Assembly: GCA_003141245.1 (NCBI GenBank)
Contig: PLLE01000043.1
Span: 36,542 to 100,541 of the forward strand
DNA: 64,000 nt
From: Chloroflexota bacterium
GTDB taxonomy: Bacteria > Chloroflexota > Limnocylindria > Limnocylindrales > CSP1-4
Direction: 5' to 3'
Below the pieces are notes generated by a model. The model ran no database searches and was not told the origin of the DNA. It saw only the letters and a program-made list of their open reading frames with translations. Positions 8,860-17,280 of the stretch are shown here, in pieces (within the stretch, counting starts at the first letter, position 1; every line of letters begins with the position of its first letter). The translations under genes were made by a program, and so were the position numbers.

Positions 8860-10694
8860 CCCTGTGGCGTCGATTTCTTGGTCCCGGGCGGCGCCGGGCC
8901 GTCGGGGTTGGGCACGATCGAATGGCTCGTGACGGCATCGGTCGCGATTCGGCGGAACAGCTCGTAGGACTGGACCGGCATGTCGAGCACACCCTGCTTG
9001 ATGACCGTCGGCGTGCCTTCATAGATCACAGCACCGATCACCAGTTCCGGCTTGCTGTGGCCCACCCAGCCGTAGAAGCTGTAGTTGTAGACGTCGACTT
9101 TCCAGCCGCCCTTGCCGCCGTCGAGGCCGGGGTCCCAGATCTGGGCAGTTCCGGTCTTCCCGCCGACGTAGTAGCCGGGGATGTAGGTGCGCTGCGCGTA
9201 GGACGGCACCGCGGTCAGGACATACCCCATCAAGCCAGTCAGGGTGCTCGACAGGCTGGCGCTGATCACGCGCGTGTCGGTCAGGGCGGCGGTCGCACTC
9301 TCGCCCACCTTCGCGTCCACGAGCATCACGTGTGGCGTGACGAGGGTTCCACCGTTCGCCATCGCCGCGTACGCACGCGTCAGCTGCATCGGGGTGACCG
9401 CGACGCCCTGGCCGAACGAGGCGTTGGCGAGGTCGATCTGGCGCCACGGCTCGGCTGTGGGGTCGCGGGCGATGCCGGACGCCTCGCCGGCGAGGTCGAT
9501 GCCGGTCTTCTGGCCGATCCCGTAGCTCTGCCAGGTCTGATACAGAACCTTTGAAGCGGCGTCGGTGTTCTTGCCGAGCCGGAAGGCAGCCTGTGAGACA
9601 CCGACGTTGCGTGACCAGGCCACCATGTAGGCGAAGGTCCTCCAGCCCTTGGCCTTGCGGTCGGCATCGGCGACCTCCTGGCCGCCGGCCAGCTTGAGGA
9701 TGCCGTAGTCGTTGATCTGGGTCGTCAGCGCCGTCGTCTTTGATTGCAGTGCGGCCGAGGCGGTGAGCATCTTGAAGACCGACCCGGGTTCGTAAACCTT
9801 GCTGATGATCGGGTCCGTGAACAGGCCCGGGTCCTCGTTGGCGACCGCCACGTAGGAGTTGGCGTCGTACGACGGGTAGCTCGCCTGTGCGAGGATCTCG
9901 CCGGTCTTTGGATCCATGACCACGGCCGAGACGGTCTTTGCCCTGTCAGCGACCCATGCGGCGAACACCTCCTGCTCGAGCTCGAGCTGGAGGCCGGCGT
10001 CGATCGTGGTCCGGATGTCCTGACCGACGGACCCAGGATCGACGATCTTGGTGCCGGCGGGTCCGAGCACGGTAGGATCGATCTGGACGATCTCGGGGCG
10101 TCCGGCCAGCACCGTGTCGTACTGCTGCTCGAGACCGTACTGCCCGATCCCGGCAGCATTGACGAAGCCGAGCACATGCGCCGCCAGCGACGTTCGGGGC
10201 GCGCCTCCGGCTTGGGGATAGATGCGAACCGGCTCCTGCTCGAAGGTGATGCCGACCAGCCCGCCCTGGCTCTGCTGCGTGAGCATTTCCTGGACGACAT
10301 CGGCATCCACGTCGGTGGCGAGCACGATGTAGTACGCGTCCGTGGCCATTGCCTTGCGGAGTTTGGCGGCGTCTTCGTCGCTCAGGGACAGGTAGTCGAT
10401 CAGGGCGGCGATGGTCCGCGCGCTGTCGGTCGCAGAGAGGTCGTGCGGGTCGCCGACGATACGGTAGCGACAGATGGTCCGGGCAAGAACGATCGTCCCG
10501 GTGCGGTCGTAGATGGCGCCGCGCAGGGCCGGGATGCTCTTCTGATAGGTCGAGTTCTGGGCGGACATGGCCGTGAGTTGCTGGCGTTGCCCGATCTGCC
10601 AGTAGGCAAGACGCATCGCCATGCCGGTCGAGGCGAGGAACACGACGAGCAGGAGCAGGAGGAGGCGGACTCGCGAATCGGTTCGGACGAGCAT
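8856..10694 (-). CDS. ftsI: Penicillin-binding protein 3 / FtsI-type transpeptidase
   Basis: 612 aa with an N-terminal TM helix and a transpeptidase domain (SVFK, SxN and KTGTA motifs). It sits at the ftsI position of the dcw cluster. Confidence 0.85.
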   Translation of the reverse strand: MLVRTDSRVRLLLLLLVVFLASTGMAMRLAYWQIGQRQQLTAMSAQNSTYQKSIPALRGAIYDRTGTIVLARTICRYRIVGDPHDLSATDSARTIAALIDYLSLSDEDAAKLRKAMATDAYYIVLATDVDADVVQEMLTQQSQGGLVGITFEQEPVRIYPQAGGAPRTSLAAHVLGFVNAAGIGQYGLEQQYDTVLAGRPEIVQIDPTVLGPAGTKIVDPGSVGQDIRTTIDAGLQLELEQEVFAAWVADRAKTVSAVVMDPKTGEILAQASYPSYDANSYVAVANEDPGLFTDPIISKVYEPGSVFKMLTASAALQSKTTALTTQINDYGILKLAGGQEVADADRKAKGWRTFAYMVAWSRNVGVSQAAFRLGKNTDAASKVLYQTWQSYGIGQKTGIDLAGEASGIARDPTAEPWRQIDLANASFGQGVAVTPMQLTRAYAAMANGGTLVTPHVMLVDAKVGESATAALTDTRVISASLSSTLTGLMGYVLTAVPSYAQRTYIPGYYVGGKTGTAQIWDPGLDGGKGGWKVDVYNYSFYGWVGHSKPELVIGAVIYEGTPTVIKQGVLDMPVQSYELFRRIATDAVTSHSIVPNPDGPAPPGTKKSTPQG

Positions 10695-10706
10695 CGGTCC
10701 GGCGTC

Positions 10707-11102
10707 CTAACGGGCCGGCAGGACGACCGGCGCGCGCAACTGAGTCAGGCCGTCGGCAATCGCCTGCCTGCGGATGGCGGATTGACGACCGACTCGGTCG
10801 ATGTCGGAGAGGATCTGCTGCCGCTGGTTCTGAAGCTGGATGTACTCGTCATTGAGCTGAGCCATGTCATAGCCGCTGGCCGAGATCCGAACCGTCTGGA
10901 CCAGCGAGAAGAAGCTCAGCAGGAATGCCACCACGATCGCGCCAATGATCATTCCGACCGCGCGCGGACGCCGGTTCGCGCGCATGGCGACGCGAGACCG
11001 GCGGCGCGGAAGCGCCGGCGCCTGGGGGCGGAGGAGGGGGGCCTCCAGGCGCCGGCGAGGAAGGAACGTGGAGCGCGGCCGAGCGCCCTCGTAGACGGCC
11101 AT
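10707..11102 (-). CDS. ftsL: FtsL-like cell division protein (start uncertain)
   Basis: Small protein with one TM helix (IIGAIVVAFLLSFFSLV) followed by a coiled-coil region, located between rsmH and ftsI. Confidence 0.55.
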   Translation of the reverse strand: MAVYEGARPRSTFLPRRRLEAPLLRPQAPALPRRRSRVAMRANRRPRAVGMIIGAIVVAFLLSFFSLVQTVRISASGYDMAQLNDEYIQLQNQRQQILSDIDRVGRQSAIRRQAIADGLTQLRAPVVLPAR

Positions 11103-11208
11103 CTAGTCGATTCCTCGATCGGGGTTCAAGCGCTGCCGGTGGCCATAGCTGCGGCGAAGGCTGGCCTGGTGACTCCTGGTCATCGGTTTCCACCTCCCCG
11201 GTCGGCGG

Positions 11209-12228
11209 TCATGCGGCCACTCGCTCCGCGCCCCGTAGTCGCGCACTTCGGGAACGCGGATTGGACTGGATCTCGGCCTCGCTCGGCGTGCGCGACTTGC
11301 CGAGCGATCGAAGACGCGGTAGTCGACCGCAGACGCAGACAGGGACCTCGGGCGGGCAGACGCAGCCCCGCTGCTCGGTCGCGATGAAGCGCTTGACGAT
11401 GCGGTCCTCCAGGGAGTGGTAGCTCAGGACCACGAGGCGGCCGCCAGGGCGAAGCAACACGAGCGACGCGGCAAGTCCGGCCTCGAGGGCGCCAAGTTCG
11501 TCGTTTACGGCGATCCGGAGGGCCTGGAAGACGCGCGTGGCGGGATGGATCCGTCGGGCCCGCGGCGCCGGGACGGATCGCACCACGAGCGCGGCGAGCT
11601 GCTCGGCCGTCTCAATCGGCGTGGCGCGGCGCGTCTCCACGATCGCCCGCGAGATGCGCCCGGCGAAGGGCTCTTCTCCGTAGCGGCGGAAGAGCGCGGT
11701 CAGTTCGGCGGCGGCCATGGTTGCGAGCAGGTCCGCGGCCGGGCGGCCGCGGCCGGTGTCGAAGCGCATGTCGAGACGCCCACCGGCGCGGAACCCGAAG
11801 CCTCGCTCCACGTCGCCGAGTTGGTAGCTGGACAGCCCGAGGTCCATGAACAGCCCGTCGACCGCCCCGAACCCGGCTTTGGGCGCGACTCGCTCCAGCT
11901 CGTGGAAGTTGGTCTGGCGCAGCACCGCCCGATCGCCGAAACGGGCCAGGCGGCGGCGCCCCCTGGCGATGGCCGCCCCGTCAGCGTCGAGTCCGAGGAG
12001 GCGGCCATCAGGGGCGCACGCCTCCAGGATCCGCTCGGCATGGCCGGCTCCACCGAGGGTGGCGTCGATCTGGAGGCTGTCAGGATGCGGTGCGAGTGTC
12101 TCCAAGACCTCGTCGGCCATCACCGGCAGGTGCCCTACCTCCCGTTCGGCGCCCCCCTCGGGAGAGCCGTCGACGGACTCGCCGTCACGGGCCGACCCGA
12201 GCGGATCCCGGAAGTTCATCTCGTTCAC
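11209..12228 (-). CDS. rsmH: 16S rRNA (cytosine1402-N4)-methyltransferase. The ORF may start internally near ...HLPVMADEVL.
   Basis: SAM-MTase motifs (DATLGGAGH, DLGLSSYQLGD) and position immediately downstream of mraZ. Confidence 0.85.
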   Translation of the reverse strand: MNEMNFRDPLGSARDGESVDGSPEGGAEREVGHLPVMADEVLETLAPHPDSLQIDATLGGAGHAERILEACAPDGRLLGLDADGAAIARGRRRLARFGDRAVLRQTNFHELERVAPKAGFGAVDGLFMDLGLSSYQLGDVERGFGFRAGGRLDMRFDTGRGRPAADLLATMAAAELTALFRRYGEEPFAGRISRAIVETRRATPIETAEQLAALVVRSVPAPRARRIHPATRVFQALRIAVNDELGALEAGLAASLVLLRPGGRLVVLSYHSLEDRIVKRFIATEQRGCVCPPEVPVCVCGRLPRLRSLGKSRTPSEAEIQSNPRSRSARLRGAERVAA

Positions 12229-12657
12229 CTAGATGCCGAGCCCGGTCAGATGGGAAGCGAGCGCATCGGCGGAATTGACCGCCTGCTGCGACTTCTCCCA
12301 TCGACCCGGTTCCCAGATTTCGACGTGATCCCGCGATCCCACCACGACGGCGTCCGATCCAACCCCGGACCAGTCGCGGATGGCCGCGGGCAGCAGGATC
12401 CGACCCTGCTGGTCGCTCTCGACCTCGAAAGCGCCCGAGAAGAGGAAGCGCGAGAAGGCTCTTGCCCTCTCGTCCGAGAGAGGCAGCTTCGCTACCTTCT
12501 CGGCGAGGTCCTCGAATGAGGCCCGCGGGAAGATGGCGGCGCAGCCGTCGACCCAGCGAGCCAGCACGGCGCCCTCGCCGAGAGGCGTACGGAACCGGAC
12601 CGGGATTGCAATCCGGCCCTTGGCGTCCACCGAGTGTCTGTATTCGCCGGTGAACAT
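12229..12657 (-). CDS. mraZ: Transcriptional regulator MraZ
   Basis: 142 aa with MFTGEY...DAKGRI and a second D..GR..LP repeat (duplicated MraZ/SpoVT-AbrB fold). It is the first gene of the dcw cluster. Confidence 0.9.
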   Translation of the reverse strand: MFTGEYRHSVDAKGRIAIPVRFRTPLGEGAVLARWVDGCAAIFPRASFEDLAEKVAKLPLSDERARAFSRFLFSGAFEVESDQQGRILLPAAIRDWSGVGSDAVVVGSRDHVEIWEPGRWEKSQQAVNSADALASHLTGLGI

Positions 12658-12774
12658 CTATCCGTCGCCCAATCTCGCTCGTTCGCGGTTCGTCGCGTCC
12701 GCGTAGCTCGGCGGCGGTGGGTTTGGGCCCCAATCCGGGCTCGGTTCCCCACAAGGGAGGCTCGAGCTAGGGCT

Positions 12775-12810
12775 GGCCCATCACTCTTACCCACGAACCA
12801 CCACAATTCG
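12775..12810 (-). promoter_or_regulatory. Putative MraZ operator: three GTGG(G)-type direct repeats spaced about 10 bp apart, upstream of mraZ
   Basis: The minus strand reads GTGGTGGTTCGTGGGTAAGAGTGATGGGCC about 120 to 150 nt upstream of the mraZ start. MraZ proteins are known to bind clustered GTGGG/TGGGN direct repeats in their own promoters. Confidence 0.4.
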
Positions 12811-12976
12811 CCACTGAAGCGGATCATACACCCACTCCGCAACGCGTCAACGCTCGAACGACGCAGGGGCGAGGGCGACGGAGCCCGCAGCGCGCGACGA
12901 CGGCGCCGGTCTCGGCGCGCAACAATCCGGGCCGTCAGGCTACCCTGGCGGCGGCCGCGACAACCGGAGGAGAGCG

Positions 12977-13278
12977 ATGCGCATCCTGGCTATCGAGCGC
13001 CCGGTCGAGGGCGTGACCGACGACCGCTTCACGCCCGAGCTGCCGTCCGCCGAGGCTCGCCGGGCCTGGGAGCTGCATCAGGTCGGGTCGATTCGCGAGA
13101 TCTTCTTCCGGGCTGACGAACCGGCCGCGGTGCTGATGCTGGAGTGCGCCGACGCGGAGAGGCGCGCGGGATCCTGGCGACGCTGCCGCTCGCTGTGACA
13201 GGGCTGATCGACTTCGAGCTGATCCCGCTCCGGGCCTACCCTGGCTTCGCGCGCATCTTCGCTAGCGCGGAGTCGTGA
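12977..13278 (+). pseudogene. Muconolactone delta-isomerase-family gene disrupted by a frameshift near 13157-13162
   Basis: Frame A (12977-13165) translates to MRILAIERPVEG...EARRAWELHQVGSIREIFFRADEPAAVLMLECADAE. A second frame (13171-13278) continues with ILATLPLAVTGLIDFELIPLRAYPGFARIF. Together these align to the full ~96-aa muconolactone isomerase (CatC) fold. A single-base indel in the gagag/gcgcgcggg run joins the two halves. Confidence 0.55.
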
Positions 13279-13666
13279 CGCAGGGTCGAACCATCGTCTC
13301 GGGGCCCGGAATGTAGTTCGCCACCCACTCGGCGAGCTGGCAGGAGAGGCTCTCGGCCAAGTCGGGAGTGGCCCCGCCGCGCTCGAAGGACTGGCGGAAG
13401 CCGGCCATGATCTTGATCAGCTCGGCTCGAGCGGTGCCATTCCATTCCAACGCGGGACACCTGCCGCGCTGCGCGCAGTCCTCGTCCATGGAGAAGTGAC
13501 GAATGGAGTAGTCGCCGAATTCGCGCAGGACGCGCTCCACGACGGGACGCTCGCCACCGGCCTCAATGGCTGCGACCAGGGCGGCGGCGCGCTCCACGAG
13601 CGACCGATGCTGGGCATCGAGAAGCGGAGAGCCAGTCTCCATGCTTGGCTGCCAGGCGATGCCCAT
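13262..13666 (-). CDS. Bacteriohemerythrin-like protein (start at MGIAWQPS...)
   Basis: N-terminus MGIAWQPSMETGSPLLDAQHRSLV with downstream H/D/E ligands (HFSMDED) typical of hemerythrin HHE cation-binding domains. Confidence 0.65.
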   Translation of the reverse strand: MGIAWQPSMETGSPLLDAQHRSLVERAAALVAAIEAGGERPVVERVLREFGDYSIRHFSMDEDCAQRGRCPALEWNGTARAELIKIMAGFRQSFERGGATPDLAESLSCQLAEWVANYIPGPETMVRPCVTTPR

Positions 13667-13880
13667 CGTCTCGCTCTCGTTCGATGCCCCGCCGGACAGG
13701 CCTGGGCTGTCGCTATGCCGTAGCCCGAAGGACCGGGGCGCCTGCATATGAGGCGGCACGGAGCCGCCTTACGGCCAGTGCCATAGGACCCGCGCTAGCG
13801 GGGCCGGGCCGTTCGCGAACGCCGACCGACGCCGACGGACGTCTGCGGCTTCGGGCCGCGGCGCGGACGTTCAGCGCCGG

Positions 13881-14951
13881 TCACTTCGTGGGCGGCGGGA
13901 TCTTCAGCTTGTCTCCGGTGCCGATCGTGCTCCCTTCGCCGAGCCAGGGATTCATCTGCCGAATCGTGGCGAGATCCACGCCGAAGAAGTTGGCGATCGC
14001 CAGGAGGACATCGCCCTTGCGGATGGTGTACACGTAGCAATCGGCCTGGCCCGCGCACGGCACGACGAGGTCCATCCGCGATTTCGTGGCGCCGGGCGGC
14101 CATGAGGAGGAGGCGGACGGAGTGGGCTCGGGCGTCGCGCCGGGTGTGGGCGAGGCGCTCGGACTGGCAGTTGGACTCTCGGACGGCGAGGCCGTTGGAG
14201 CCGGCGAAGCCGTTGGAGCCGGCGAAGCCGTTGGAGCCGGCGAAGCTGTCGGAGCGGAGCTCGGCGTCGCCATCGGCGTCGGGCTGGGAGTCGCCACCGC
14301 AACGCCGGAGGGAGTCGCCGTCGCAACGCCGGAGGGAGTCGCCGTCGGGCCGGCGCTGCCGGTGCCGGGCAGCCAGCCCGCCATCGCCGCCACCAACGCC
14401 AGGCCGGCCAGGGCGACGAGCGCGAGCCCGGCGAGGGTCAGCCGAGGCAGACCTGCCGCAGCCCGCACCTTGGCGGCGGCCGTGGCGGATTCCTCGGCCA
14501 GCAACGTGCCGCGCATGTATCGCGGACAGCTGACGTGGACGCGCTGCAGGCAGACCAGCTCCTGTTGCCTGAGCGATAGCGGCAATGGGTCGCCGTAGGC
14601 GGCGCAACGATGGGTTGGGACAGGTTCCCGGCCAGGGTCGAATAGCTTCCCATCGGGGCCAATACTGCGCAGGAACTTGCAACGCTCCGGGGCGTTGGCC
14701 AGCGGCACAGACTCCGAGCGGCTGCGGAATACGCCTGGCGTTTCGAACCCGCCGGGGGTAGTGCTACCCGTCTCGGCGCCGATCAACTCCGGACCGACGC
14801 CGCCCCTGGGCACCGCCATCTGCAGGGGGTCGCTGCCGCGGGCAGATGCCCTTCCGGCGGCTTGGGCGCGCCCGAGCGTGTTCCCCTCCTGATCGGGCGG
14901 AATGCGACCGTCCCGCCCGTAGCCGCCGTTGGACTCGCCGCGTCCGTCCAC
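13881..14951 (-). CDS. LysM peptidoglycan-binding protein with a cysteine/histidine zinc-finger-like N-terminus, one TM helix and a Pro/Thr/Ser/Ala-rich repeat linker
   Basis: C-terminus YVYTIRKGDVLLAIANFFGVDLATIRQMNPWL...GDKLKIP is a LysM domain. The centre has a hydrophobic helix (LTLAGLALVALAGLALVAAMAGWL) and ASPAPT/ATPSGVA repeats. The N-terminus is CKFL...HRCAAYGD...CLQRVHVSCPRY. Confidence 0.7.
   Translation of the reverse strand: MDGRGESNGGYGRDGRIPPDQEGNTLGRAQAAGRASARGSDPLQMAVPRGGVGPELIGAETGSTTPGGFETPGVFRSRSESVPLANAPERCKFLRSIGPDGKLFDPGREPVPTHRCAAYGDPLPLSLRQQELVCLQRVHVSCPRYMRGTLLAEESATAAAKVRAAAGLPRLTLAGLALVALAGLALVAAMAGWLPGTGSAGPTATPSGVATATPSGVAVATPSPTPMATPSSAPTASPAPTASPAPTASPAPTASPSESPTASPSASPTPGATPEPTPSASSSWPPGATKSRMDLVVPCAGQADCYVYTIRKGDVLLAIANFFGVDLATIRQMNPWLGEGSTIGTGDKLKIPPPTK
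14191..14350 (-). repeat. In-frame tandem DNA repeats (3 x 21 bp, then 2 x ~24 bp) encoding the PT-rich linker of the LysM protein
   Basis: gccgttggagccggcgaagcc occurs three times in a row from 14191 to 14253. cgcaacgccggagggagtcgccgt occurs twice at about 14300-14350. Confidence 0.7.
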
Positions 14952-15091
14952 GGATTCTCCTGACCATCGAAAATGACCCCGGCCACTCGGTCCGGACAGC
15001 CGCCGCCCGGCAGTCTAGTACCTTTCGACCCTTGCCGTGGCGGCTGCTTCGATGGTAGCCTCCCCGCCTTCGGAGGTCGCGAATCGCCGCC

Positions 15092-15334
15092 ATGGCTCTG
15101 CCACAGCGTATCATCGAGTTCGAACCGGTCGCGGGACCCCAACAGGAGCCCCGCATTCGCCGCTGCACTTTCCGACGGCTCAGTCGCATCGAGATCGCGA
15201 ACGAGTCTTCGTACGAGGTGAGTTGCCTGTACCCTGACCGCCGGCTGCCGCTCCCCCTTGGCGACTTGGAGTCGAGCACGGCTGTGTGCGCCGTCTGCGC
15301 CGCGGACCACATCTTCCGTCCGGACGAGGACTGA
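15092..15334 (+). CDS. Hypothetical small protein (80 aa) with two Cys pairs; weak call
   Basis: ORF with high GC3 and an upstream GGAGG, lying in the gap between the LysM gene and rnpB; no recognisable family. Confidence 0.2.
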   Translation: MALPQRIIEFEPVAGPQQEPRIRRCTFRRLSRIEIANESSYEVSCLYPDRRLPLPLGDLESSTAVCAVCAADHIFRPDED

Positions 15335-15389
15335 CGAAGCCCGTCGCCCGCTCGGTTTCCGGTTGCGACTCCCTGCGGTGGCTTCTCAG

Positions 15390-15770
15390 GTGTGGCGGCG
15401 AGCCGGCCTGTAAGCCGAGTTCTGTACCGCGACTCTCGTCGCGGCGACGATCATCCATCTCTGGCCGCCGGTCACCCGACGGCTCAAGCGGCCGACCCGA
15501 GGACTGGGCAGCGCGACCTCTTCCGTCCGAACGACCGGCTTCCCGAACGCTCGAACCGCGTCCTCCTATTTGGCCTTGCTCCGAGCAGAGTTTGCCGCGT
15601 TTCACCTACCGCTCTCGAGTTGCCCCGAGACCGGCTACGTCTCTGTGGCACTGGTCCTCGCCTCACGGCGGACGGGCATTACCCGCTACCCTGCGCTGAG
15701 GAGCTCGGACTTTCCTCGCATGCCGGCCGAAACCGAACACGCGCGACCGTCCGACCGGCTCGCCGATGTC
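15390..15770 (-). ncRNA. rnpB: RNase P RNA, bacterial type A
   Basis: The minus strand reads ...GAGGAAAGUCCGAGCUCC...GGGUAAUGCCC...AGAGAUGGAUGAUCGUCGCC...ACAGAACUCGGCUUACAGGCCGGCUCGCCGCC. The P4 strands (AGGAAAGUCCG / ACAGAAC.CGGCUUA) and the CUAGAUGGAUG-like motif match the RNase P consensus. The 5' GGCGAGCCGG and 3' GGCCGGCUCGCC can pair as P1. The six-frame track covers this locus with spurious ORFs (15392..16399 and others). Confidence 0.85.
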
Positions 15771-15832
15771 GGATTCTAGTCCCGCGGCGAGGGCGGGCCA
15801 ACTCCGGACCGATTTCACGGCAGGAGGCGACG

Positions 15833-16399
15833 ATGGACCCTCAGGACGAGAGCCTGGCGGAGGGAGCCGCGTTCCGGATCCGACGCGCCGGAATCCCGGA
15901 CGCCCGTGCCATCGCCCAGATCGTCGTGGCCGGCTGGCAGGGCGCCTATCGTGGCCTGATGCCCGACGGATTCCTCGATTCGCTCTCGGTTGCGGGCCGC
16001 GAGACCGCCTGGCGAGAGATGCTGGCCCGCGACTCTGAGGGAGGCCTTCCTGCGTGGCTGGCACAGCGAGGGGGGCGGCCCGTCGGCTTCGTCAGCAGCG
16101 GCCGGCCACGGGACGACGACGTGCCACTCTCCACCGCCGAGGTCTACGCGATCTACGTCCTGCCGGAGACCTGGCGTGGCGGCGTCGGCCGGGCACTGTT
16201 GGGGACGGCCACGGGTCACTGGCGAGCGCGCGGATCCGGCACACTGGTCCTGTGGGTGCTCGAGGACAACGACCGGGCTTGCCGCTTCTACGAGGCGATG
16301 GGCTGGCAACCAGATGGGGGGCGCCAGGTGCTCGAGATCGCCGGTGCGAAGCTCTACGAGATCCGCTACCGACTCGGTCCGATCCATCCGGAGGGGTAG
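15833..16399 (+). CDS. GNAT family N-acetyltransferase (true start ATG at 15833, preceded by AGGAGG)
   Basis: Acetyl-CoA binding motif VGFVS...RGGVGRALL and a C-terminal FYEAMGW. The upstream part of the annotated ORF overlaps rnpB and is not coding. Confidence 0.75.
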   Translation: MDPQDESLAEGAAFRIRRAGIPDARAIAQIVVAGWQGAYRGLMPDGFLDSLSVAGRETAWREMLARDSEGGLPAWLAQRGGRPVGFVSSGRPRDDDVPLSTAEVYAIYVLPETWRGGVGRALLGTATGHWRARGSGTLVLWVLEDNDRACRFYEAMGWQPDGGRQVLEIAGAKLYEIRYRLGPIHPEG

Positions 16400-16452
16400 C
16401 ATTGGGGTCCGCCGGCGCGCCGGGCGCGGGCAGACTGAGCCGGGAGCGGACG

Positions 16453-17280
16453 ATGGCTGCCAAGGGCAAGAGTGGTGAGTTCCGGGCGCTTCTCGGCCTG
16501 AAGCCGGGCGACAAGGTCGACCTCGCCAAGTACGACTGTGGCGCGACCTTCGGCCGCAAGAAGGACGAGGCCGAAACCGAGCTGGCCGCCAATCTGGCGC
16601 GCCTTACCGACCTGCAGGCCCGAATCTGGGCGGAGGCAAAGCACGCGGTCCTGATCGTGCTCCAGGGCATCGACGCCGCCGGCAAGGACGGTACGATCAA
16701 GGTCATCGCAGGGGCCTTCAATCCCCAGGGCACGCCGGTGACCTCCTTCAAGGAGCCCTCCTCCCTGGAGCTCGCCCACGATTTCCTGTGGCGAATCCAC
16801 GCCGCCGTCCCGGAAAAGGGCGATATCGGGGTCTTCAATCGCAGCCACTACGAGCAGGTCCTCATCGTGCGTGTCCACGGCCTGGAACCCGAGGCGCGCT
16901 GGCGGAACCACTACCGCCAGATCAATGACTGGGAGGGCATGCTCACCCAGGAGGGCGTGACGATCCTCAAGTTCTTCCTGGCCATCGACAAGGACGAGCA
17001 GCGAAAGCGATTCCAGGATCGAGTCGACGACCCGACGAAGCGCTGGAAGATCTCGCCGACCGACCTCCCCGAGCGCCAGCGCTGGGCCGACTACCAGATC
17101 GCCTTCGAAGACATGCTCTTTGAGACGAGCACCGATTGGGCGCGCTGGCACGTGATCCCGGCCAACCACAACTGGCTGCGCGATCTCGCCATCAGCGAGA
17201 TCGTGGCCGACGCCCTCGACGATTTGAACCCGCAATACCCCGAACCGGCCGCCGGCATCGAGGGCCTCAAGATCGTCTGA
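16453..17280 (+). CDS. ppk2: Polyphosphate kinase 2 (PPK2) family protein, single domain
   Basis: Walker A GIDAAGKDGT, and PPK2 motifs FNRSHYE and FFLAIDKDEQRKRF; start at MAAKGKSGEF. Confidence 0.85.
   Translation: MAAKGKSGEFRALLGLKPGDKVDLAKYDCGATFGRKKDEAETELAANLARLTDLQARIWAEAKHAVLIVLQGIDAAGKDGTIKVIAGAFNPQGTPVTSFKEPSSLELAHDFLWRIHAAVPEKGDIGVFNRSHYEQVLIVRVHGLEPEARWRNHYRQINDWEGMLTQEGVTILKFFLAIDKDEQRKRFQDRVDDPTKRWKISPTDLPERQRWADYQIAFEDMLFETSTDWARWHVIPANHNWLRDLAISEIVADALDDLNPQYPEPAAGIEGLKIV

Noticed and set aside
14700-14780. tRNA-like GGGTTCGAAAC segment suggesting a tRNA T-arm.
   Set aside because: It lies inside the LysM protein coding sequence. No acceptor or anticodon stems can be formed around it.
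15392-15832. 5' portion of the 335-aa ORF 15392..16399 and the minus-strand ORFs 15180..15605 and 15484..15666.
   Set aside because: This region is the RNase P RNA gene. The GNAT domain begins only at the ATG at 15833, which has its own Shine-Dalgarno sequence.
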